Source of the DNA: a virus
Lineage: Duplodnaviria > Caudoviricetes
Virus record (IMG/VR): IMGVR_UViG_3300045921_000263
Span: 1 to 52,182 of that record
Length of the DNA: 52,182 nt
Strand: one strand, 5' to 3'
Positions 20,418 to 30,143 of this stretch are shown here, piece after piece. Each line of letters begins with the position of its first letter. Within the stretch, counting starts at the first letter, position 1. The position numbers and the translations under genes were made by a program. Under the pieces are notes generated by a model, which did no database searches, had not been told where the DNA came from, and worked only from the letters and a program-made list of their open reading frames with translations.

Positions 20418-21893
20418 ATGTTAGATCTACTCAAGAACTACGTTCACCAAGTCGAGCCTTTCCAACACCAGCGAGAACATCTATACAAGAACGCTGGGCG
20501 TAAGGCATGGGGTCTGCTTTGGGAGCAGGGAACCGCAAAAACGAAGCCGATCATTGATACGGCTGCAATCCAATACATTCTCGGAAACATCAACGGTCTA
20601 CTAGTAGTAGCTCCTCCTGGAGTTGAGCGCAACTGGAACACCGACGAAATTCCCAAGCATATGCCACCAGATGTCGCTCTGGATACGCTGGTGCAGGTGT
20701 TCAAAACTTCGCGCAAACATACTCAAGAGCATAAACGCGCGATGGAAAGCCTGTTCCGTCATGACGGTTTGTCAGTGCTGTTGATCAGCTATAATGCATT
20801 CATGACTAATGAAGGCAAAGAACTTTGCAAAAAGTTCCTCACGAAGCGAAATGTTCTCATGGTTCTAGATGAGGCGCACAACATCAAGACACCTAATGCG
20901 AAGCGCACGAAAACAATCGTCGCTCTTGGCAAATATGCGAAGATGCGCCGTATTCTCACAGGAACACCGATCTCTGTTGGACCATTCGATCTCTACAGTC
21001 AAATCAAATTCCTTGATGAATGGTTTTGGAAGAACAAAGGCATTCACGGATCAGTAGAGTTTCGCAACTTCTTTGGGCGCTGGTTCACTAGGACTGATTG
21101 TCAGAGACTTCATGGCTATGATCCAGGCTATGACAAGCTGATCGAATACCAAAATCTTGATAAATTGGCAGAATGGCTCAATGAAATCAGTGACCGAGTG
21201 GTCAAGGATGATGTTCTTGATCTGCCTCCGAAACTCTATCAGAAACGATATTTCGAGTCTTCTCCAGAAATGCGAGCTGCCTACCAAGAGCTGAAGAAAG
21301 AGCTAATGCTGGAGATCGGTAGTAACGTAGTGTCGGCTGAGCTTCCTATCGTGATGCTTCTACGATTGCAGCAGATCGCATGTAACTATGTGCCAGTCGG
21401 TAATGATGAGCCTGTTCACATGTTCTCCAAGAAAAACCCCAGACTAGAGGTTCTGGAGCAAATCGATGAAGAGGTTCATACCCAAGGAATCATCTGGGCA
21501 AGATTCCGTCATGATATTGATCAGATCATGGATCTTCTTGGTGACAAAGCCTGTCGCTACGATGGATCTATCGACGAGGACACAGCAGAACGCAACAAAC
21601 TCGCTTTTCAGCGTGGCGAATACAAATGGTTTGTGGGTAATGCCCAGAAGGGAGGATCTGGTCTTACGCTGACTCAGGCGAAGACTGTTGTCTACTATAG
21701 TAACAGCTTTCGCTTGATTGATCGTCTTCAGTCTGAAGACAGAGCACATCGTGGTGGTATGGACAAACATCCTGTGAACTATATCGATATCATGAGTGAT
21801 TTTGATATCGACGAGCACATCGTGACAAATCTGCGGAACAAGAAAGAAGTTTCCACAGAAATTCTCGGCGATGCACTCAAGGAGTGGATCTGA
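20418..21893 (+). CDS. SNF2-family (SF2) helicase
   Basis: EQGTAKT motif I variant, DEAH, LTGTP, GLTL, QSEDRAHR. Confidence 0.9.
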   Translation: MLDLLKNYVHQVEPFQHQREHLYKNAGRKAWGLLWEQGTAKTKPIIDTAAIQYILGNINGLLVVAPPGVERNWNTDEIPKHMPPDVALDTLVQVFKTSRKHTQEHKRAMESLFRHDGLSVLLISYNAFMTNEGKELCKKFLTKRNVLMVLDEAHNIKTPNAKRTKTIVALGKYAKMRRILTGTPISVGPFDLYSQIKFLDEWFWKNKGIHGSVEFRNFFGRWFTRTDCQRLHGYDPGYDKLIEYQNLDKLAEWLNEISDRVVKDDVLDLPPKLYQKRYFESSPEMRAAYQELKKELMLEIGSNVVSAELPIVMLLRLQQIACNYVPVGNDEPVHMFSKKNPRLEVLEQIDEEVHTQGIIWARFRHDIDQIMDLLGDKACRYDGSIDEDTAERNKLAFQRGEYKWFVGNAQKGGSGLTLTQAKTVVYYSNSFRLIDRLQSEDRAHRGGMDKHPVNYIDIMSDFDIDEHIVTNLRNKKEVSTEILGDALKEWI

Positions 21894-22231
21894 TGACAGT
21901 ATATGCTGTTCAGCAACAGATGCGGTTTGACCAGACGAGCAAAGAGCTCGTTCCCCGATTCACTTCAATAAAGAAAGCTGAAAGATGGGGTAAGCTAGTC
22001 TATCTCTTGTCTCCCAGCGCACATCCTTTCAACCCAGATCTTGTCCTGGGTGATCTTCACGAGAAGCTGTGTAAGTTCTCTGATAGAGATTATCTTCTCT
22101 TGATTGGCAATCCAGGTCTCATTGGGATGGCGACTGCACTCGCTGCCTATTACAACGAAGGACGCGTCAAACTGCTTCAATGGAGCGCTCGTCATAATGA
22201 GTATACGGAGATTGCTGTGAAGATTTACTAG
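21893..22231 (+). CDS. hypothetical protein
   Basis: TGATG coupling; F...DYLLL.G.P motif. Confidence 0.65.
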   Translation: MTVYAVQQQMRFDQTSKELVPRFTSIKKAERWGKLVYLLSPSAHPFNPDLVLGDLHEKLCKFSDRDYLLLIGNPGLIGMATALAAYYNEGRVKLLQWSARHNEYTEIAVKIY

Positions 22232-22271
22232 ACAAATACTGCTTGTCTTTTAGGTCTCACTTAGCTACTGT
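22231..22271 (+). promoter_or_regulatory. phage promoter (GACAAATA box)
   Basis: GACAAATA-N4-TTGTCT-N17-TACTGT. Confidence 0.7.
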
Positions 22272-22301
22272 GGTCAAGCTGGTATAGCTTGGAGGTCGAC
22301 A

Positions 22302-22859
22302 ATGACATATGATTATACTGCATTCCGAAAGGAACCGAGCAGCAATCTAACAAACGTCCTTCGCCAGCTCGCTGATGAATATCTCGCCGCAGAAGCTGAG
22401 GTAATCAAAGCTCAAGAAGCATTGGAAATTGCTGTCGCTCGCAAGAGAGATATCGCTGAGAATCTCATTCCGCAAGCTACCGACGGAATGGATGGCAGGT
22501 TCAATCTTGGCGATGGACGCGAGCTCATTGTCAAGGAAGAAATTCGCAGCAGCATTGCAGGTGAAAAGCGCATACCTGCTATTCAGTGGCTTGATGAGAA
22601 CGGCTACGGTCACATCGTCAAACGCGAAATTTCAGTTGAGTTTGCAAAAGGTGACACTGAGCGCTGCGAAGCATTCTTGCAGGCGCTGAAAAATCTTGAA
22701 GCACAACTCGGCACTCTTGTTGTGAAAACTAATTTCACAGTTCACCACGCAACGCTGAACTCTTGGGTTAAAGAGAGGCTCAGTGAGGGTGTTGATTTGC
22801 CTGTGGATGTTTTCGGCATTTTTAGGCAACGAACTGCCAAGGTGATCCTGCCCAACTAG
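22302..22859 (+). CDS. conserved hypothetical replication-module protein
   Basis: GGAGG RBS; WL.E.G.G.IVK and VH..TL..WVKE motifs seen in phage replication modules. Confidence 0.7.
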   Translation: MTYDYTAFRKEPSSNLTNVLRQLADEYLAAEAEVIKAQEALEIAVARKRDIAENLIPQATDGMDGRFNLGDGRELIVKEEIRSSIAGEKRIPAIQWLDENGYGHIVKREISVEFAKGDTERCEAFLQALKNLEAQLGTLVVKTNFTVHHATLNSWVKERLSEGVDLPVDVFGIFRQRTAKVILPN

Positions 22860-22913
22860 GATAGTGTTGGGGATGACCGCTGGTCGATCAACTGTCAACT
22901 AGGAGCCAAGAAA

Positions 22914-23771
22914 ATGGCAAAGACTGAAGTCGCAGAAACAAAGAGCTATGAAATCTCCTCAGGAGCTTTCGACTACGGAAAATACTCCCACGCTGGGTTC
23001 GAGGGGACGACCATCAAAGACCTCTCAATTCCGTTCATCAACGTATTGCAGTCAAACTCGCCTGAAGTTGAAGATGAGTTGATTCCTGGCTGTAAGCCCG
23101 GCGATTTGGTGAACTCTGTCACCAAAGAAATCTTGAAGCAGCCAGTAGTCGCGATTCCTGTCTATAAGGAAGCTGCGATCGTTGAGTGGATGCCTCGCAC
23201 CAAGGGTGGTGGTTTTGTCGAACGTCATGACTTGAACAGCGAAATCTTTCTGAACGCTATCAAGGCTAATGGCGGTTCGCGTATTCCTCCGAAAGATGCT
23301 GATGGCAAGCGCATTCCGTTCAAGTCGCCCGCAGGGAACGATCTTGTTGAGACCTACTATGTCTACTGTCTCACCATGAACCCTGAAGGGACAGAGATCG
23401 AGAGTTATTGTGTGCTCTCGTTCAGCTCCACGAAGATCAAGGTTTACAAGGACTGGATGACGGCTATGTATACCCAGAAGGGTAGACCGCCGATCTTCGC
23501 AAACCGCTGCAAAATCTCCACCGTTAAGCAGAAGAACGAGTCTGGCACGTTCTACAATTACAGTATCGGGCCGTTCGCTGATTCTTGGCGTGAGTCTTTG
23601 ATCAACCCCGGCACCCCTGATGGCCAAGCTCTGCTCAAAGAAGCCAAAGAGTTCGCTGACATGATTGATCAAGGTCTGGCTCGCGCCGACTTTGAATCCA
23701 TCACAAAGAATGCTGCCGATGACGATCCTGTTCCGAGCAGCAAAGTTGGTGACGACGAGATTCCGTTCTGA
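22914..23771 (+). CDS. putative single-stranded DNA-binding protein
   Basis: DL.IPF..LQ..SPEV motif; acidic C-terminus ending DDEIPF. Confidence 0.65.
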   Translation: MAKTEVAETKSYEISSGAFDYGKYSHAGFEGTTIKDLSIPFINVLQSNSPEVEDELIPGCKPGDLVNSVTKEILKQPVVAIPVYKEAAIVEWMPRTKGGGFVERHDLNSEIFLNAIKANGGSRIPPKDADGKRIPFKSPAGNDLVETYYVYCLTMNPEGTEIESYCVLSFSSTKIKVYKDWMTAMYTQKGRPPIFANRCKISTVKQKNESGTFYNYSIGPFADSWRESLINPGTPDGQALLKEAKEFADMIDQGLARADFESITKNAADDDPVPSSKVGDDEIPF

Positions 23772-23777
23772 ACGGCT

Positions 23778-23811
23778 GACCTCGGCATGGTGCTTCGTGC
23801 CGAGGTCTTTT
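23778..23811 (+). terminator. intrinsic terminator
   Basis: GACCTCGGCA...TGCCGAGGTC stem followed by TTTT. Confidence 0.75.
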
Positions 23812-23827
23812 CATCTCGAAGACATCG

Positions 23828-25078
23828 ATGAAATTCAGTCGGCAGCAAGAGTCTGCTCTCAAAAAGGTTAACGACTGGTATCGCTCTGGCGATAAGCAAG
23901 TGTTCCGCCTCTTTGGGTTTGCAGGCACAGGAAAAACGACACTGGCAAAATATCTTGCAGAAGGCATCGGAGAAGATGTCTTGTTCGCGGCCTACACTGG
24001 CAAGGCAGCGCATGTCTTACAGAAGAAAGGATGTCACAACGCATCGACCATCCACTCTTTGATTTACCGTAGTCGTGATAAGAGCAAAGCTCGGTTGGAA
24101 GAGTTACAGAAAGAGCTTGCTGCACTTATCATTTCTATGGAAGGCATGGAGCAAGAGTATATAGAGAATCATCCGAAAGTGCGAGCACTTCGCAATAATA
24201 TTAAAGAAGAAGCGAAGAACGCTTCTCAGCCAATGTTCGTGTTGAACACAGAAAGCGAGGTTCGTAATGCACCTTTGGTCATAATCGATGAATGTTCTAT
24301 GGTGGATGCCACTATGGGACAAGACCTTCTATCTTTCAATACCCCCGTTCTCGTGCTGGGTGATCCAGCTCAGCTACCACCTGTCGGTTCCGCCGGATTT
24401 TTCACTGAGAACGTGAAGCCTGATGTCATGCTTGACGAGATTCACAGGCAAGCCAAAGAAAGTCCCATTCTCCGTATGGCTACAGATGTTCGTGAAGGTA
24501 GAAAATTGAGAATAGGTGATTGGGGAGATAACTGCTATGTCTACCCAAAGGGGACGAAACTTGAGCGTGAGCGAGTTCTTGAATATAGTCAACTTCTTGT
24601 AGGTAAGAACAGAACTCGTCATCTGATGAACAAACGAATCCGTTCATTTCTTGGTCACGAGGGTGAATTTCCTGTAGTCGGTGACCGTTTGGTTTGCCTA
24701 CGCAATAATTCAGAGCTAGGCTTGTTGAACGGCGCCATTTTCTACACAACAGGTGTGGACGGCGTTCTTGATGGTAAAGTCCACATGAGCGTTCGTTCAG
24801 AAGACAACCCTAATGTAGGGGACATACAAGTCGCTGCTCTTGAGCATCATTTCCTCGGTCGTGGAAATGAGCTTAATAGCCAATACTGGCTTCGCTCTGA
24901 AGGACAAGAATTCGACTATGGATATGCGCTCACGGTCCACAAATCGCAAGGCTCTCAATGGGATAGTGTTGCCGTTTTTGACGAAAGTTGGGGATCGAAG
25001 CAAAATCGCCAAAGATGGCTGTATACTGCGATAACCCGCGCGGCCAAAGAAGTGACCGTAGTTGATATGCAGGAGTGA
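23828..25078 (+). CDS. RecD/Dda-like SF1 helicase
   Basis: GFAGTGKT Walker A, IIDECSM, GDPAQLPPV, YALTVHKSQGS, LYTAITRA. Confidence 0.92.
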   Translation: MKFSRQQESALKKVNDWYRSGDKQVFRLFGFAGTGKTTLAKYLAEGIGEDVLFAAYTGKAAHVLQKKGCHNASTIHSLIYRSRDKSKARLEELQKELAALIISMEGMEQEYIENHPKVRALRNNIKEEAKNASQPMFVLNTESEVRNAPLVIIDECSMVDATMGQDLLSFNTPVLVLGDPAQLPPVGSAGFFTENVKPDVMLDEIHRQAKESPILRMATDVREGRKLRIGDWGDNCYVYPKGTKLERERVLEYSQLLVGKNRTRHLMNKRIRSFLGHEGEFPVVGDRLVCLRNNSELGLLNGAIFYTTGVDGVLDGKVHMSVRSEDNPNVGDIQVAALEHHFLGRGNELNSQYWLRSEGQEFDYGYALTVHKSQGSQWDSVAVFDESWGSKQNRQRWLYTAITRAAKEVTVVDMQE

Positions 25079-25084
25079 GCAACC

Positions 25085-26935
25085 ATGAAAACTCAGGAGC
25101 AACGAAAAATGTATGGTCCAACAAATCCGGACTGCGATCTTGTCCACGCAGAAAAGTATCGTGGGGAGAACGAAACGTTTCGGGAAGCTGTCAACCGCTG
25201 GTCAGGTTTTTTGCAAGATAACCATGATCACTACATGAGCTTTCGGGAAATCTGCCTGTATCAGCGATTCATGCCACCGGGTCGTGTTCAGGCAGGAGCA
25301 GGTTCTCTTAAGAATGTGACACTCTATAACTGCTTCGTGATGCCTACAATTCACGACAGTTTCACAGATGGTCCCAGCAAAGAAGAGCTGGCTCAGCTGA
25401 AACCCGGTGAACACGCGCCTCTCTCGATCATGGATACAGCAAAGAATGCTGCTATCACCATGCGTCAAGGTGGCGGCGTTGGCTACGACATCAGCACATT
25501 GCGCCCTGCTGGAGATCTCATACGAGGCGTTCAGAGCACCACAGATGGTCCTCTTGCCTTTGCACCAATTTATGATGCTATCTGCCGAGCGACCTCTTCT
25601 GCTGGCAACAGGCGTGGTGCACAGATGCTCGTGATGCGGGTTGACCACCCTGACATCGAAGCCTTCATCCGAGCGAAGCAAGTCTCCGATGATAGCATTC
25701 CATGGGATATGCGTCCGCTCCGCGGCTTCAACATGTCGGTCGCAGTTACTGACAAGTTCATGGAATGTTTGGCTTCTGGCAAGCCATTCCCTCTCCAGTT
25801 TGGCGGAAAAGTCTATCGCGAAGTTGATCCCCATGCCTTGTGGGACATGATCATGCGAGGAACCTACGACTGGGCAGAGCCTGGGGTTCTGTTCATCGAT
25901 CAGATCAATCGTATGAACAACCTCTACTACTGCGAGACGATCGCAGCAACTAATCCTTGTGGTGAACAGCCTCTACCTCCCTACGGAGCCTGTCTCTTGG
26001 GCAGCTTCAATTGGGTGAAGTATCTCCTCAAGGATACTGATGGAAAGTTCTACTTTGATTACGATCTGCTCGCAGCGGACATTCCGCATGTTGTTCGTGC
26101 TATGGACAACGTGATCGATCGTAGTCGTTATCCTCTGCCTCAGCAGAAGCTGGAAGCCCAGAGGAAGCGTCGAATGGGTCTTGGTCACACTGGTGTTGCC
26201 AATGCTCTGGAGGCCATGGGCTATCCCTATGGAAGTCCCGGGTTCTTGGAAATGGAAGACGAAATCATGTCTTTCATTACCAATAAGTGCTATCAGGCTT
26301 CGGCACAACTGGCAGCTGAGAAAGGTAGCTTCCCGCTCTATGATGAAGAGCGCTACATGGCCAGCGAATTCATCAGTGGTCTTTGGGAAGAGACCAAGGA
26401 CATGATCCGGAAATACGGCATCAGGAACAGTCATCTGACCTCGATCGCACCGACTGGCACAATCTCATTCACCGCTGACAACGTGTCGTCTGGGATTGAA
26501 CCTGTCTTGGCCTATGAACAGTCTCGTCGTGTGATCGTTCCCGGTGGTCATCGCATCGTGACTGTTCCAGACTATGGTGTCGCACATTTGGGTGTGAAAG
26601 GTAAGACTGTAGTCTCTGGTGAAATCACCGCCGCCGAGCATATCGGCGTTCTCTGCACGGCCCAGATGCACATCGACTCTGCGTGTTCCAAGACCGTGAA
26701 TGTCCCGACCAACTTCTCCTTCGATGAGTTCAAGAACTTGTATCTAATGGCTTACGAAGGTGGAGCGAAGGGCTGCACAACGTATCGCCCTGCTGGCAAA
26801 TATGACGAGCCAATTCAGGCTTCTAAGAAAGAAATTCAAGCAGACCGAGATGAGCTGGTCAGCTTGGAAGATGGCGGAACTTGTAGCTGGGATCCTGTAA
26901 CGGGTCAGCGAAAAGGTGCCTGTGCTAACGACTAA
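25085..26935 (+). CDS. nrdJ: class II (B12-dependent) ribonucleotide reductase
   Basis: NCF, GGGVG, RRGAQM, TNPCGEQPL, IAPTGTIS, SKTVN; C-terminal Cys pair; no small subunit nearby. Confidence 0.9.
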   Translation: MKTQEQRKMYGPTNPDCDLVHAEKYRGENETFREAVNRWSGFLQDNHDHYMSFREICLYQRFMPPGRVQAGAGSLKNVTLYNCFVMPTIHDSFTDGPSKEELAQLKPGEHAPLSIMDTAKNAAITMRQGGGVGYDISTLRPAGDLIRGVQSTTDGPLAFAPIYDAICRATSSAGNRRGAQMLVMRVDHPDIEAFIRAKQVSDDSIPWDMRPLRGFNMSVAVTDKFMECLASGKPFPLQFGGKVYREVDPHALWDMIMRGTYDWAEPGVLFIDQINRMNNLYYCETIAATNPCGEQPLPPYGACLLGSFNWVKYLLKDTDGKFYFDYDLLAADIPHVVRAMDNVIDRSRYPLPQQKLEAQRKRRMGLGHTGVANALEAMGYPYGSPGFLEMEDEIMSFITNKCYQASAQLAAEKGSFPLYDEERYMASEFISGLWEETKDMIRKYGIRNSHLTSIAPTGTISFTADNVSSGIEPVLAYEQSRRVIVPGGHRIVTVPDYGVAHLGVKGKTVVSGEITAAEHIGVLCTAQMHIDSACSKTVNVPTNFSFDEFKNLYLMAYEGGAKGCTTYRPAGKYDEPIQASKKEIQADRDELVSLEDGGTCSWDPVTGQRKGACAND

Positions 26936-26950
26936 ATAGTTCGCCTCATG

Positions 26951-26991
26951 GACAAATAATGCTTGCGGCTAAAAGCTCGAAGGGGTAATGT
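26951..26991 (+). promoter_or_regulatory. phage promoter (GACAAATA box)
   Basis: GACAAATA-N4-TTGCGG-N17-TAATGT. Confidence 0.7.
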
Positions 26992-27045
26992 TCGAGCATT
27001 GGCCGCAAGCTGCGACCAAGCAATAGCTCAGAAATGGAGTCACCG

Positions 27046-27708
27046 ATGACCGATGCCATCACTTTCCTTGACAAGTCCTACACTCGTGCCGACCTTGAAA
27101 GCATGACTGACGAAGCTCTCCTGGAGCTCAGGAACCTCGTTGCTTCCAATCTCGGCGTTGCTTCTGTGAAAGGCTTCAAGGACCACACGACCGCTGTTGA
27201 GCAAACCCTCAAAGCTCTCAAGAAATATGAAGCCTCTGCTGAACCGGATGAAGAAAAGCCGGTGAAGCAACCCAAGGAGCGCAAACTGGCGAAGCCTGCA
27301 GAAGCTCAGCATGTCAAGCGGCCGACCCGGAAAATGTTCTCCGTGATGAAAATCGTGAAGCCGTTCGATGGCCAAGAAGATCGCTCTCACCGTTCCGGAA
27401 ACTACAGGGATGGTATGATGATCATCGAGGCGATCGAAGGTGAAGGCACTCTCGCTTGGGACATCTACAACTGGGAGAAGCAAGGCTACGTCCAGGTGAT
27501 CGAGCCCACTGAAGAGGAATATGCACAGCGTCGCGCTGCGTGGTATAAGGAGAAGGGTCGCGAAGACCCTGATGTCGCGAAGATCCGTATGCGTGAAGAG
27601 CGTGAGAAATCCAAAGCTGAGCGAGAAGCTGAGCGAGAAGCCAAGAAAGCTGAACGGGAAGCTGCCAAGGCTGCGAAGAAAAACGCCGAAGCTCAGGCTG
27701 CCGAATAA
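27046..27708 (+). CDS. hypothetical protein with charged helical C-terminus
   Basis: GGAG RBS before ATG 27046 (alternative start 27034); biased codon usage; coupled to next gene. Confidence 0.7.
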   Translation: MTDAITFLDKSYTRADLESMTDEALLELRNLVASNLGVASVKGFKDHTTAVEQTLKALKKYEASAEPDEEKPVKQPKERKLAKPAEAQHVKRPTRKMFSVMKIVKPFDGQEDRSHRSGNYRDGMMIIEAIEGEGTLAWDIYNWEKQGYVQVIEPTEEEYAQRRAAWYKEKGREDPDVAKIRMREEREKSKAEREAEREAKKAEREAAKAAKKNAEAQAAE

Positions 27709-28595
27709 TGATTATTGAACGCATCAATGCGTTCTTTGAGTATCTCAATGAACGCGAAAACGTCCGCCTTCGAAAGGAGGCGGGCGATTTCTTTCCGTGG
27801 ACTGAGGATGAGATCCTCAGAACCTATAAGTTCACCAACGTTCGGCGTCAACACGACCGGACCAGCATGGAGCTTAGAGAGCGTTTCTACACACCACACT
27901 ACGAAGATGACAATCGCTCAATCTTGATGAACTGTGCCACATACCGATATTTCGGGACGTGGGAGTTCGCTTCTGCTATTGGATGGCAATCGTATGATGA
28001 CTTCGATTTTGATATGATCGAAGAAATCGCAACAGATCGTCTCAACAACAGAGAGCGTGTTTTCACAGGTGCATATGTCATTACAAATCAAGGGATTCCT
28101 GCCCCAAAACAGGAAGTTGTGGTGCATTATTTTCTCAAGGCTCTTTGGAAAGCGACGCCGGAGATCGTAAATCTAGCTCAGACCACACAGTCTTGGGAAC
28201 AGGTCGCCAAGCGCATGATGAGGCTGAATGGCTTCGGAGGCACTGGCTTCATGACCAAAGAAGTTCTCTTGGACACGACCTACACTGGCTTCTGGAAAGG
28301 ACGCCAGCTCAATGAGCACATGTCTTTCCCGATTGACTGGTTCAAATGGACCCCAATCGGCCCAGGAGCTCTCCGTGGTGCGGCTCGTGTCCTTGGGGAC
28401 GATCAGGCTAAGCCACTCAAGAACGAGCAGGCTTTTCAGTGCATCATGGAACTTGTGAACTTACAGCACCTGTTCTTCAAGCACGATTTTGAACTTTCAC
28501 CGACGGATATTCAGTTCGGTCTGTGTGAGTTCGACAAGTATGAGCGTGTTCGTCTTGGACAAGGAAAGCCGAGAAGTAGATACAATGCTCCCTGA
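27708..28595 (+). CDS. aGPT-Pplase1 / 5-hmdU DNA kinase helical-domain protein (DNA-glycosylase-like fold)
   Basis: ERE.VR..K..G...PWT.D.IL..YKFTNVRR..DR, FTGAY, GPGA.RG, DIQ..LCEFDKY.R motifs; no Walker A. Confidence 0.8.
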   Translation: MIIERINAFFEYLNERENVRLRKEAGDFFPWTEDEILRTYKFTNVRRQHDRTSMELRERFYTPHYEDDNRSILMNCATYRYFGTWEFASAIGWQSYDDFDFDMIEEIATDRLNNRERVFTGAYVITNQGIPAPKQEVVVHYFLKALWKATPEIVNLAQTTQSWEQVAKRMMRLNGFGGTGFMTKEVLLDTTYTGFWKGRQLNEHMSFPIDWFKWTPIGPGALRGAARVLGDDQAKPLKNEQAFQCIMELVNLQHLFFKHDFELSPTDIQFGLCEFDKYERVRLGQGKPRSRYNAP

Positions 28596-28794
28596 CTCTA
28601 TTTTCTGGATTCTACTCTACTGGCTGATCATGTGGGCAATGTTCCTACAGTGGTATAGCCAAGAAGTAGAATCCGGACAAAGACCCAAGATGAGCTGGCT
28701 CATTCTAGTGCTGACATTCCTATTCGTCGGCTTTGTTCCATTATTGTTCCTTTTCTTTTCTATAAAGAAAGCTATAGAAAAGACAAAACGATAG
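28585..28794 (+). CDS. small two-TM membrane protein
   Basis: Two hydrophobic segments, basic C-terminus. Confidence 0.5.
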   Translation: MLPDSIFWILLYWLIMWAMFLQWYSQEVESGQRPKMSWLILVLTFLFVGFVPLLFLFFSIKKAIEKTKR

Positions 28795-28823
28795 TTGTCT
28801 TTTGTGTGCCCCAGCTATATGCT
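28782..28823 (+). promoter_or_regulatory. phage promoter for glycosyltransferase operon
   Basis: GACAAAAC-N5-TTGTCT-N17-TATGCT. Confidence 0.65.
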
Positions 28824-28856
28824 GGGGCTCATACTGTATAACTCGAGGAAGCTAAC

Positions 28857-30143
28857 ATGAAGATAGCTGTAGCCCTCCATTCCTGCATGGATCTTGGAGG
28901 TATTATCAATCACACAGAGCAACTGATCGGCGGTTTTCAAGACCTAGGACATGTAGCTCATCTGTATGAGCTTGTCTACGCCGACAACGCAATTACTCAA
29001 ATTCGCTCTGGTGATTTTGAGTTCAACGGACCTAGTGGAATTCCGTTCGCTCAGGGTAAGGGCTGGAATTTTCACAAATCTGCACGTCTGTCCTACAAGA
29101 CCTCTCCTGGGCTTGTGAACGCAAAGCACATTTTGAGCCAGTATGATATCGTCATCTGGACAGTGCCTGTTCCTCCCAAGAACAGGCAACAGCTCGGCAA
29201 CGATAAATGGCCAGAACTCTATGATCTTGATCCTAGGATCAAGCAAATTGCTTTCATTCATGATGGTAACGCTAGGAGTAATTCTCTCCATCTATATCAT
29301 GTTGCAGAGCACATCTCTGGTCTTGCCTGTGTTCACGAATGTGCACTCAACTCTGCTGATATTTTCCCTATCCCGCGCGCGCTGGTATTGAACCCACAGT
29401 TCATGCCAATTCGTGAATACCCAGAGTGGGATGACAAGTTCACTGGCTTCGTAAACATGCAGACATTCAAAGCATGGAAGCATGTTCATGAGCTCATTCA
29501 GGCTATTGCCTACATGCCGCCCAAAGAACCGGGCGAGCTGCGGGAAGTCGCTGGTAAAGGGATCGAGTATCAGTATATGACCTCGATCGACAAATGCAAA
29601 GAGATTTACTACCACAACGACCCTGAGAAGCCTTTTCATGGGCGCAAGTTCTGGGACGTTGCTCTCGAGAACGGTATGAAGCATCATGACTATTGGCCAA
29701 CACCAGATGTAGACGAATGGCTAAAGATGGCCCGAGTTTTGGTAGATCCGAGCTGGTCTGCGAAATACAGTGCCATTGGTGGTCACTGGAACAGAGTAGC
29801 TGTTGATGCCATGATCCGCGGTGCGGTGCCTGTTGCACAGAAGCGTGGTATGGGAACTTCTCTGTTCAAGCCCAAAGTTCATTACGTTCCGCTGGATGGT
29901 GCGCGAGATGCTCAGGATTATGCAGATATTGTTCTAGAGACAGGACACATGTCTGCAATCCAGGCTCGTAGTTTCCAGGAAGCTGCTCGTGAACTTCTGC
30001 CGCAGTTTGATCGAAAGGCGATTGCTCGTCGTGTTATCGATCTAGCAAACGGCGAAGTAGAAACTGAGATCGGAGCTGCCGATCCAGATCTGCGTGAGAA
30101 GTTCGAAAATCAGATGTTCGATCACTTTGGAATTATCGCATGA
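28857..30143 (+). CDS. GT-B fold glycosyltransferase (putative DNA-modifying)
   Basis: MKI.......D.GGI N-terminal loop, FIHDG, F..WK, and VDPSW......WNRVAVDAMIRGAVPVA nucleotide-sugar-binding signature variant. Confidence 0.75.
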   Translation: MKIAVALHSCMDLGGIINHTEQLIGGFQDLGHVAHLYELVYADNAITQIRSGDFEFNGPSGIPFAQGKGWNFHKSARLSYKTSPGLVNAKHILSQYDIVIWTVPVPPKNRQQLGNDKWPELYDLDPRIKQIAFIHDGNARSNSLHLYHVAEHISGLACVHECALNSADIFPIPRALVLNPQFMPIREYPEWDDKFTGFVNMQTFKAWKHVHELIQAIAYMPPKEPGELREVAGKGIEYQYMTSIDKCKEIYYHNDPEKPFHGRKFWDVALENGMKHHDYWPTPDVDEWLKMARVLVDPSWSAKYSAIGGHWNRVAVDAMIRGAVPVAQKRGMGTSLFKPKVHYVPLDGARDAQDYADIVLETGHMSAIQARSFQEAARELLPQFDRKAIARRVIDLANGEVETEIGAADPDLREKFENQMFDHFGIIA

